From a virus (Duplodnaviria; Caudoviricetes): 37,364 bases of DNA. Below are positions 1 to 6,806 of the stretch, piece by piece. Each line of letters starts with the position of its first letter. The first letter of the stretch is position 1. Made by a program: the position numbers and the translations under genes. The notes beneath the pieces are model-generated. The model was not told the origin of the DNA and made no database searches. It worked only from the letters and a program-made list of their open reading frames with translations. The stretch spans positions 1-37,364 of IMG/VR virus record IMGVR_UViG_3300025000_000251. One strand, written 5' to 3'.

Positions 1-97
1 ATACCAGCCGTTTTATGCCGTTGGCGTCCAATACCTCCACGCGGATCGCGCAGGTGCCGCAATCCTCGCAGGTCCCGAAAGGGTTGACGTAGCTCAT
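1..97 (-). CDS. Partial small hypothetical protein with CxxC motif (runs off the window start)
   Basis: My translation is MSYVNPFGTCEDCGTCAIRVEVLDANGIKRLV... Its ATG overlaps the TGA of the upstream gene (ATGA at 97-94). It is not in the ORF track. Confidence 0.6.
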   Translation of the reverse strand, partial: MSYVNPFGTCEDCGTCAIRVEVLDANGIKRLV

Positions 98-288
98 CTT
101 TTCTCCCTTTCCACGCAGAGCTCGGCATACCGGATCAGGATCTCGGTGGGCTCTGTCCGCCAGCCCTGCATCTCACTCTTTGCCTGGTCCAGGAGCTTCT
201 GGCCGATCTCCACGGTGTCTATGTATTCGGCATCCGCAGGGAAGAGTGCCTCGATGGTCCTAGTCGCCTTATTCCTGACAGTCGACAT
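94..288 (-). CDS. Hypothetical phage protein (64 aa)
   Basis: ORF with a GGAG SD upstream of the ATG, in a tightly packed leftward gene string. Confidence 0.7.
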   Translation of the reverse strand: MSTVRNKATRTIEALFPADAEYIDTVEIGQKLLDQAKSEMQGWRTEPTEILIRYAELCVEREKR

Positions 289-311
289 GCTCGCTCCAGT
301 TGGATTGATTG

Positions 312-482
312 TTATGCCTCTTCCGCTTTGACGGTGATAATAATTTCAATGTCATTGCCGTGGCCATCATCGGTGTTCAGCATTGCCATGTTGTCCCCAG
401 ACGCCAGCCCGCAATATCCGTAGGCGCTATTGAGCTTCTGTGTGGCGTATCTAACGATGTCGTCAAGCACTTTGTCTTTCAT
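312..482 (-). CDS. Hypothetical phage protein (56 aa)
   Basis: My translation is MKDKVLDDIVRYATQKLNSAYGYCGLASGDNMAMLNTDDGHGNDIEIIITVKAEEA*. It has a strong SD (AAGGAG) and fills the gap between neighbours. It is below the ORF-track size cutoff. Confidence 0.75.
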   Translation of the reverse strand: MKDKVLDDIVRYATQKLNSAYGYCGLASGDNMAMLNTDDGHGNDIEIIITVKAEEA

Positions 483-533
483 GATTCACTCCTTGCCCGG
501 AGGCATAAAAAGGTTTTTAAAGAGGGGCTGGTG

Positions 534-758
534 TTATAACAGCATGGCCTGCAGCTTCTCGCGAATATGGCCAGGCAGGCCAAGTATTCCCCGTCCAGAA
601 TTCCACTCCTTGATCAGGGCGATCACGTCGAGCGCCTCCTCGCCGACCTGGATCCGGCTTGCCGCCCAGTCGGGTTCCCTTTCCACCATCTGGCGGATGG
701 AGCACTCACACCCATTCGAGTCCACATACACCTTTGCCGTGTTCACTCTGCACCTCAC
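534..758 (-). CDS. Hypothetical phage protein (74 aa)
   Basis: GTG start overlaps the stop of the upstream gene (GTGA), which suggests translational coupling. Confidence 0.6.
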   Translation of the reverse strand: MRCRVNTAKVYVDSNGCECSIRQMVEREPDWAASRIQVGEEALDVIALIKEWNSGRGILGLPGHIREKLQAMLL

Positions 759-958
759 CCGGTGACCATTTTCTTGACACGCCGGAGACCGTCCAGCTGG
801 CCCTCCAGGAAGCTGATCTCCTGCATCACCGGCTCCAGCTCCTTACCTGTATAGCAGGAGAGCATCCTGGTCTTCTCCTTGCTGATGAGCACCTTGACGA
901 TCATCATCGTGCTGGCGATATGGTCCGTCGCCCTGTTCCTGATGGCCTCTCCCTCCAT
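755..958 (-). CDS. Hypothetical phage protein, probable C-terminal coiled coil
   Basis: AAGGAG SD before the ATG at 958; an alternative coupled start lies at 973. Confidence 0.65.
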   Translation of the reverse strand: MEGEAIRNRATDHIASTMMIVKVLISKEKTRMLSCYTGKELEPVMQEISFLEGQLDGLRRVKKMVTG

Positions 959-969
959 AGTTTCTCCTT

Positions 970-1563
970 TCATGGCATCACCCTCTTGAACTCCACTACC
1001 CACACCCAGGGATTTTCCAACCATGAGCCGGGGCCGTTGATTGATTCCCATAAATTAATAAACGAGTCTCGAGCATCAGGAGATGGATTGTCACAGTCAC
1101 ACGGCTCGTCGTTGCCACACTCAAGGCATCCGCCGTTTGTTATCCCTTCTGTCCTCGCATCCTCTTCACTGATATCGTTCAGCCTCTCTATTTTTATGGC
1201 AATGATATCCAGGGTGATCCGGCTGACTGTTCGCGGCATGTGAATTGAAGGTTTCCATCCTCGCGGCGGGTTGTGCAATATCCCATCGGCGCGATAAAAT
1301 GTTTTCCTTTCTCCTGTCCCGTTGTGGATCAAAAAACAGAAAGCCTCGCGCACCCACAGCCGATCTGCTGGCCGGCCATATGGGCACTTTTGGCCCCTTT
1401 GTGCGGGATACCCCCACTCCCCAAACGCTGATTGGTATCGAGGCGGGCCATCAAACCCTTGGTAGTCAGGTTGCGGTTTTACAATCCTCCGAGTCATGGT
1501 CTTCCGCCCTCCCAGTATTGCCTTGACCATTTCACCTTTGAATAAAATCGGTCGCTCTTTCAT
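970..1563 (-). CDS. ASCH/PUA-like domain phage protein
   Basis: Family-typical motifs: MKERPILFxxxMVxAILxGRKTxTRR, CPYG..DRLWVRE, WKPSIHMPR..SRITL, ERLxDISEEDA..EG, NPWVWVVEF. Confidence 0.8.
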   Translation of the reverse strand: MKERPILFKGEMVKAILGGRKTMTRRIVKPQPDYQGFDGPPRYQSAFGEWGYPAQRGQKCPYGRPADRLWVREAFCFLIHNGTGERKTFYRADGILHNPPRGWKPSIHMPRTVSRITLDIIAIKIERLNDISEEDARTEGITNGGCLECGNDEPCDCDNPSPDARDSFINLWESINGPGSWLENPWVWVVEFKRVMP

Positions 1564-1958
1564 GCCGTTACCTCCTTCAATCCGTAGCTTTTCCTTAATG
1601 CCGCCCAGTAGATTGCGTCTTTATCGCTCATGTTCTCCTTGAATAACTCCAAACGGCGCTCATCCCAGCTTTTTAGTTTCATCTCGACCTGCTCGTCCTC
1701 TTCGCGCTTTTCCCTGTTGACGGGATGCTTGAAATCTTCAGGCAGTTCGACGTTGGCCTGCAGGACCGGTGCATCCGGCCGGACCTTTGATCGCCCGCTC
1801 TTTTTCGGGCCTTTTGGTCCGTTCGCTTCCTGGCAGGCGTCGCAGCAGAAATAATAATTCCGGCCCTGATTCCTGCTGATGACCACAATCTCGGCTCTCT
1901 TGCCGCAGCCCCTGCAGAATTTTTCAACTAACGCTGGATACAGATTAGCTCTTGGCAC
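1560..1958 (-). CDS. Hypothetical protein with N-terminal Zn-finger-like Cys pairs
   Basis: CRGC...CCDAC motif; AAGGAGG SD before the GTG start; ATGA overlap with the next gene. Confidence 0.7.
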   Translation of the reverse strand: MPRANLYPALVEKFCRGCGKRAEIVVISRNQGRNYYFCCDACQEANGPKGPKKSGRSKVRPDAPVLQANVELPEDFKHPVNREKREEDEQVEMKLKSWDERRLELFKENMSDKDAIYWAALRKSYGLKEVTA

Positions 1959-1982
1959 AGTGGCCTCCTTTTGATGGATTCA

Positions 1983-3338
1983 TTAAGCGATCAGCGCCAG
2001 CGGGCGAGAGTCGATACCCCGCAGGACAGCGCGCATCTTGTCGTATGCCTTCTGGCGCCGGGACTCTGCCTTGCGGCAATCCTCCATGGCCAGGCGTAGC
2101 TCATTCTTCGATTCTTTTATGATATCGGCCAGTGCCAGTAGGTCATTCTGGTTCTCACTCTGCGGCAGACTGGCGCGAAGGGCAGGGGCCACCTGACTGG
2201 CAACCCACTCCTCAATGCCGAAACTGTTCTGGTTCTTCGATCTCGCCAGAAAGCGGTAGAGGTCGCTCTCGCTGATAAAGGAGACCATCCGTCCGTCGAT
2301 CATCACATCGTTGGTGCGCCAATAGGAGAGGGCGGCAAGGCGATCAAGGCTGGTATGGCCGAGCAATGCGGCCAGATCGGTGACCGAGAACCACAGGCGG
2401 GCATCGTTGTCGCAAAAAGCCCGCAAGGGAGAGCCGCCGAAGTGAAAAGTGGTTGGCCTGGAGATTGGCACAGGTAAGGACCTGGCGGCCGGGAATTGCT
2501 CGGTCAGGTAGTTTATCTGCAGGAACAGGTTGAGCTTGTCGGCGGGGATACAAGCCCTCTTGCGCCACGCCCCTTTCCCAACCCGGCAGCGGGTGACAAC
2601 AATGGCGAGATCCTTGGCGTGGGCCTGGGCCACCTTGAAGCGATAGGAGGTGTATTTCTTGCCCATCGCGGCCAGGATTTCGGACAATGCCAGGTAGGTC
2701 CGACCGTCATCGGTGACGGCCTGGAATCTGCCCAGGTGGTCGTGGGCTGGTGGGGATGGCAGTTGCATCTGTGATGGACGGTGCGGTCGGTTGATCACGC
2801 CGGAGAAATGCGATGACACGGTTTCCGGAATAGTCTCGATGTAACGGAGGGCCTCGTCTATCTTCGCCGCCGGCAACTGCTTGTATGAGCCGAGCCGGAA
2901 GTGATTGTTGAATCGCCCCCAGGCATAAGGCAGGTCCTCGCCGAAAGGGAAGCGCCTCTTGATGGCCTGCTGCAACATGCACTGTTGTGCGGGGGTGATG
3001 GCCTGCTCGACCTGGTACTTGCCGGTCTTGCGGATTGCCGGCAGGACCTCGGAGAATACCCATTTGCGGAATACTTCAGCCTCGGGTTTATTGGAACGGA
3101 AGATCAGGCGGTAGAGGCCGGATTCGGAGATGATGTTTGCCTCACCAACTTTACGCCCTAAGAGTTTCTTATCCCGTTCGTCGTCAGGCAGTGCCTTCAA
3201 GGACTCAGCTGGATTTTTCAGGCCAAGGATGTCGCAAACATCTACTGCGACAAACCACGGATCTCCATTCTTGTCGATGGTTGTTCTGATTTCGTGGGAT
3301 TGAAAGGAAAAAGGGATTACTGCGGATTGTTTCTGCAT
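1983..3338 (-). CDS. BRO-N family phage antirepressor (BRO-N, ORF6C/P22 Ant-C-like segment, further BRO-like repeats)
   Basis: BRO-N motifs PWFVAVDVCDIL and ISESGLYRLIFRSNKPEAEVFRKWVFSEVLPAIRKTG, then FNNHFRLGSYKQLP, then a second BRO-N (LWFSVTDLAALL, ISESDLYRFL). Best start is ATG 3338 with a GGAG SD; the track's 3659 start runs through the C4 RNA cassette. Confidence 0.88.
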   Translation of the reverse strand: MQKQSAVIPFSFQSHEIRTTIDKNGDPWFVAVDVCDILGLKNPAESLKALPDDERDKKLLGRKVGEANIISESGLYRLIFRSNKPEAEVFRKWVFSEVLPAIRKTGKYQVEQAITPAQQCMLQQAIKRRFPFGEDLPYAWGRFNNHFRLGSYKQLPAAKIDEALRYIETIPETVSSHFSGVINRPHRPSQMQLPSPPAHDHLGRFQAVTDDGRTYLALSEILAAMGKKYTSYRFKVAQAHAKDLAIVVTRCRVGKGAWRKRACIPADKLNLFLQINYLTEQFPAARSLPVPISRPTTFHFGGSPLRAFCDNDARLWFSVTDLAALLGHTSLDRLAALSYWRTNDVMIDGRMVSFISESDLYRFLARSKNQNSFGIEEWVASQVAPALRASLPQSENQNDLLALADIIKESKNELRLAMEDCRKAESRRQKAYDKMRAVLRGIDSRPLALIA

Positions 3339-3346
3339 AGCTGCGC

Positions 3347-3391
3347 TCCACCTGGGGAAAGAAAATCTTTCGCCCTTTCCCGCTGCTAAAC
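3347..3391 (-). promoter_or_regulatory. Downstream C4 target (a2 GUUUAGCAGC, b2 AGGUGGA) overlapping the antirepressor SD
   Basis: UUAGCAG is complementary to CUGCUAA (3421-3415) and AGGUGGA (3353-3347) to UCCACCU (3433-3427). A GGGAAAG/CUUUCCC hairpin lies between the two sites. Confidence 0.75.
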
Positions 3392-3398
3392 GAAAAAA

Positions 3399-3470
3399 GG
3401 GCAGATTGAGCGGGTTAGCAGACCGGAGGTGGACCCCGGCAGGCCTTGAGGCCTCCCACTCAACCCGCCC
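3399..3470 (-). ncRNA. C4-type antisense RNA (P1 C4 / P4 CI-like)
   Basis: 16-bp closing stem GGGCGGGUUGAGUGGG/CCCGCUCAAUCUGCCC with GU pairs. It encloses hairpin AGGCC-UCAA-GGCCU, a second hairpin carrying UCCACCU, and single-stranded CUGCUAA. Complementary sites lie on both sides, and the RNA sits directly upstream of an antirepressor. Confidence 0.8.
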
Positions 3471-3497
3471 AAGAGGAGCAAGTTGAATTAAGGACAT

Positions 3498-3556
3498 AAA
3501 AAAACCACCAAAAACAAAGAGGCGGCTATGTCCCCCACCATTCCGGGCTGCTAAAC
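3498..3556 (-). terminator. Upstream C4 target (a1/b1) with an intrinsic terminator-like attenuator
   Basis: GUUUAGCAGC (3556-3547) and GGUGGG (3539-3534), followed by stem AGCCGCC...GGUGGUU and a U-run (3504-3498). Confidence 0.6.
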
Positions 3557-3607
3557 CCGCGTCACGTTTTTTGCGTGACATTGGCAGGTAAACATAGTCC
3601 GCCATTT

Positions 3608-3635
3608 CCGTCAATGAGTTTTTCGTCAATGACGG
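3608..3635. promoter_or_regulatory. Two tandem operator-like sites (CCGTCAATGAG and TCGTCAATGACGG)
   Basis: Imperfect copies of the palindrome CCGTCA-N-TGACGG upstream of the C4/antirepressor unit; each contains TTGACG on the minus strand. Confidence 0.55.
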
Positions 3636-3655
3636 AATTATTAGAGACAGCGCGG

Positions 3656-3880
3656 TCATGCGGTCGCCATGCTCCTGTGCCGAGGCTCAAGGATAACCAC
3701 CTCATCGCCCGGGGAGCTGAGGGTATCCCGGTAAAGCTCAAGGATGTTGTTGGCCATCCGTTCGGTCGGGGCATGGGTCTTGAATTCATGGGCATCATGT
3801 CCGTCCCCCAGATACTCAATGTCGAAAGACCTGTAGTTGTCGGCCAGGGTGTTGATTATGAGTCGGATGGACTTTTTCAT
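3656..3880 (-). CDS. Hypothetical protein (74 aa, MKKSIRLIINTL...)
   Basis: GAGG SD before the ATG at 3880; the track's upstream extension runs through intergenic-looking sequence. Confidence 0.65.
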   Translation of the reverse strand: MKKSIRLIINTLADNYRSFDIEYLGDGHDAHEFKTHAPTERMANNILELYRDTLSSPGDEVVILEPRHRSMATA

Positions 3881-3933
3881 GTGGCCTCTCTGGAGGTTGA
3901 TTCCTGTTATTCTCGATCCTTCTTCCTTATATT

Positions 3934-3946
3934 CCGTCAATGACGG
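3934..3946. promoter_or_regulatory. Perfect operator-like palindrome CCGTCAATGACGG
   Basis: 13-bp dyad upstream of the 3880 gene; same motif as at 3608-3635. Confidence 0.6.
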
Positions 3947-4100
3947 GATGGCAAGGGGAAAATACAAGGAATGAAACCGTTTGTTTCATTAATGCCGCAA
4001 TGTCAATTAGATATAGATAAAAAAAAGATTTCAGTATGGAAATTATTTGGGAGGGAGGCAGGCGTCCGGGTGATGGCCAGGGCGCCTGGGGGTAATGACG

Positions 4101-4960
4101 TTATGCTGCGGGCTTGGGGATGTACTCCTCGATCCGTTCGACGGCTGCCTCAACCTTGGCATGCACCTCGGGGAGGACCCGGAGCTCCAGGTGTTCAAGG
4201 CGAGCATTCTGGAAGCTGACCCGGCTGATCTGCTGCTCGAGCATCTCCAGCTTCTCGAGGCGAGCGTTGATATTCATGAGAGAAATTCTTTCAAGGCGGT
4301 TGTTGATGCTATTGATCTTATCACCGAGGCCTTCGGTGTGCAGGTCGATTGCCTTGGAAATACCGACCTGGTGGTTGTCCATTGCTTGCTGGGTCTCAGC
4401 GAAGCCTGCCTCCAGGGCCTCAAGCCGGGTGATATCGATAGCAGGAGGAATGGCCGAGAGCAGGGTAGAGACAATGCTGTCCGCCAAGAGCTGCAGGTGG
4501 CTTCGCAGGTATTGGGGGTCCTTCAGCTTCTCCTGGTGGGACAGAAGGATGGCATCACTGTCCAGGCTAAACTTGAAGGCGTCGATAGTCTCTACCGGCC
4601 CGGTGGGAAAAGCGGTGGACTCGAGGGGGCCCTCCTCGTAGTTGTGGGATTCACTGAGGCAGTTCCCATGTTCATAGGAGTGGGATTCGCAGATGGAGGT
4701 TCCCTCCTGGGTGTCACTGGGGGCTGTTCTGCCAGGACAGCAGGGGTAAGTTTTTTACGGGCATGCTTTGTCTCGATGTTTGAGAGATGCAGGATGGTGT
4801 CTACAGTGCTGACCGATACATAAAACCCGTGTCTCTCGGAAAGAACTTCAGCTATCTGTCTTGCTGTTTTGTTGGCCTTGCCCATACCTTTAAACATCTC
4901 ATTTATATCATTGGTAATTTGTCCGAGCTGTAAACTGTTTGGTCGCTTGATGTTTCCCAT
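4101..4960 (-). CDS. HTH plus coiled-coil protein split by an apparent -1 frameshift (track ORFs 4592..4960 and 4101..4487)
   Basis: N-terminal part has an HTH-like TARQIAEVLSERHGFYVSVSTVDTIL. The frame of the downstream ORF stays open back to the A6 run at 4751-4756 with GC3-rich codons, but has no ATG/GTG before 4487. The C-terminus has NARLE heptad repeats. Confidence 0.6.
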
Positions 4961-4975
4961 TGTGCTCCCCTCTTT

Positions 4976-4997
4976 CGTGTAAGGTTCGTATAAGGTT
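4976..4997. repeat. Tandem 11-bp direct repeat CGTRTAAGGTT x2
   Basis: cgtgtaaggtt-cgtataaggtt, immediately upstream of the SD of the 4960 gene. Confidence 0.6.
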
Positions 4998-5049
4998 GGA
5001 ATGGACGGTTAAGCCTCTTTATTGCCAGATTTGTAGCGTACAGGGTCCC

Positions 5050-5385
5050 TCAGGAGATCACCGGGGAAGGGATGGAGGATGCCAGGAGGAGCAGGAGGGG
5101 CATGCCAGCGAGGATAAACCGGCCGATGATCTGCTCCCGGGTGACATCCATCCTATCACCGGCAGGGTCTACTCCTATAAAAGAGGAACCCACGGGGAAT
5201 GCTGGAGCGTCATAAGGAATGAACAGCCCGCGCAGTGGAGGGTGGGGGCCGCCGCCGGCGTTGAGGATAACGTGCAGCCTCTCGGTCCTAATGGCATCGC
5301 AGTGGTGGTCCAGGAGCGCTATCGTGGACTCGAGGTCAAGCTCCTGGGCCAGGATCAGCACTATCTCGTCTCTGTCTTCCTTCAT
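5050..5385 (-). CDS. Hypothetical protein with hydrophobic C-terminus (111 aa)
   Basis: ATGA overlap with the upstream gene; AAGGAG SD; ends in IIGRFILAGMPLLLLLA. Confidence 0.6.
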   Translation of the reverse strand: MKEDRDEIVLILAQELDLESTIALLDHHCDAIRTERLHVILNAGGGPHPPLRGLFIPYDAPAFPVGSSFIGVDPAGDRMDVTREQIIGRFILAGMPLLLLLASSIPSPVIS

Positions 5386-5630
5386 ATTATCCAGCTCCTT
5401 CCTGTTAAGACCTTGATGGTCAGCTCGTCGATCCGTTCACCGTACCATTTGGCTAATTGGGCTCGGGCCAGCTCACGCAGGTCGACTATGACGTCGAAAC
5501 TCTTGAACCTCTCGGATAATAAGCGATGGATTTCACCCGCCACCTCACTGTCCTTCACATCTTGGCTGATCTTCAGCCCATCCATATGGAATTGCAGGCC
5601 GAATTCAAAGACACCTTTTTCCTCACTCAT
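5382..5630 (-). CDS. Small protein (82 aa) with a major-capsid-like C-terminal helix
   Basis: GGAG SD and ATGA coupling at both ends. Residues 50-77 align without gaps to residues 114-141 of the capsid protein in this window. Confidence 0.7.
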   Translation of the reverse strand: MSEEKGVFEFGLQFHMDGLKISQDVKDSEVAGEIHRLLSERFKSFDVIVDLRELARAQLAKWYGERIDELTIKVLTGRSWII

Positions 5631-5842
5631 CGCTCTCCCCCTTTGGCCCTGGCCATGTTCTGCATATATTCCCTATGATTCCGAAGCAGGGTCCGCATAT
5701 GTGCAGATACAGGCCCGCTGGGCCCGGTTGTCGTCTCTATCTTACCTACGTTCGCCTGGAACATGAGCCCCAGGCGATCGGCCATAGCCTGTTGGGTGAG
5801 CCCCAGTTCCAGCCTGATCTCCAGGAACTCCTTCCTTGTCAT
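5627..5842 (-). CDS. XRE/Cro-like helix-turn-helix regulator
   Basis: MTRKEFLEIRLELGLTQQAMADRLG...VGKIE matches the HTH_3 pattern. The start is uncertain because there is no SD before 5842. Confidence 0.75.
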   Translation of the reverse strand: MTRKEFLEIRLELGLTQQAMADRLGLMFQANVGKIETTTGPSGPVSAHMRTLLRNHREYMQNMARAKGGER

Positions 5843-5966
5843 CCGGACCCGGCGCCGGCGGCCCGGGGATGCTCTCTTCTGAGTCGATCCATCTTCCATT
5901 GACGTAATATTCCACCTCCGTCTCTATAGGTTCACCCCCTGTGCCTCTCGCCTCATCTGCCATCAT
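5742..5966 (-). CDS. Hypothetical ORF, possibly the 5' part of the HTH gene (frameshifted)
   Basis: SD-like AAGGGGGTG before the ATG; overlaps the HTH ORF by about 100 nt in another frame. Confidence 0.4.
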   Translation of the reverse strand: MMADEARGTGGEPIETEVEYYVNGRWIDSEESIPGPPAPGPDDKEGVPGDQAGTGAHPTGYGRSPGAHVPGERR

Positions 5967-6052
5967 CACCCCCTTTTGAGTTCAAAATACACACAACGAA
6001 AATTATATATAGTTAATTACTATTAATGTGCCGATTCAGCGAGGAAATAAAC

Positions 6053-6081
6053 TTGCCGCTATGAAAATTTCTCTCTATCCT
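6053..6081 (+). promoter_or_regulatory. Sigma70-like promoter for the packaging/morphogenesis operon
   Basis: TTGCCG-17 nt-TATCCT in the AT-rich divergent intergenic region. Confidence 0.5.
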
Positions 6082-6193
6082 CAGTATTGAATGGACATAT
6101 GCGTTGTGCTGCTCCCCCCTTGCACTTCTGCATGGTCGCAGTCGGCGGGGCTGCCGTGATGGTGGTCCCGCCGGCGCTCCTTAATGGTGTGAT

Positions 6194-6805
6194 ATGGCTG
6201 ACGAGCAAAAGACCACTGTGAAACTGCCCAAGCTGACGGACCTCGAGGAGCGCTGCTGTCGAGAGTACCTGGTCAATGGCGGCAACCAGTCCGAGGCCCT
6301 GCGCACCTGTCACAAGACCTCCCGGAAATGGAAGGAATCGACGGTCTGGAGCAAGGCCAGCGCGATCTTCGCCAAGCCACAAGTCAAAGCATACTTGGTC
6401 GAGCTCAAGGAGCGGGCCAAGGATCAAGCGGAAAAGAAGCTGGATATCACGGTTGAGAGGGTCCTGCGCGAGTTCGCTAAGGTCGGCTTCTCTGATGTCC
6501 GCAGGATCTTTACCGATCAGGGCCAGCTCAAGGGTCCCGCATCTCTCGACGACGACACCGCGGCATCCATTGCCTCTATCGAGGTGGTGGCCAGCTCACA
6601 TATGGGCGCCGATGGCCTGATCGAGATCGAGTACACGCACAAGATCAAAAACTACGACAAGCTGCGGGCCCTGGAGAACCTGGGCAAGTGGCTGCAGATA
6701 TACACCCCTGGCGACGCGGAGAAGAACGACCAGGAGGAATACCGGTACAAGGGCACTCGGCTGCCATCGTGGATGAAGGAGATGATCCCGAACGGCGAGG
6801 GGTGA
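6194..6805 (+). CDS. terS: Terminase small subunit
   Basis: LTxxEERCCREYLVNGGNQSEA, ITVERVLRE and DKLRALENLGK motifs; directly upstream of TerL. Confidence 0.9.
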   Translation: MADEQKTTVKLPKLTDLEERCCREYLVNGGNQSEALRTCHKTSRKWKESTVWSKASAIFAKPQVKAYLVELKERAKDQAEKKLDITVERVLREFAKVGFSDVRRIFTDQGQLKGPASLDDDTAASIASIEVVASSHMGADGLIEIEYTHKIKNYDKLRALENLGKWLQIYTPGDAEKNDQEEYRYKGTRLPSWMKEMIPNGEG

Positions 6806-6806
6806 C

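Noticed and set aside
3399-3470. tRNA-like cloverleaf
   Set aside because: No T-psi-C or D-loop consensus and no anticodon arm. The fold and flanking complementary sites fit a C4-type RNA better.
4001-4006. Perfect TTGACA on the minus strand
   Set aside because: No acceptable -10 at 16-18 nt spacing, so it was not called as a promoter.
4095-5766. Plus-strand ORFs 4095..4823 and 4960..5766
   Set aside because: They are antisense to a coupled string of minus-strand genes with good SDs, and have no motifs of their own.
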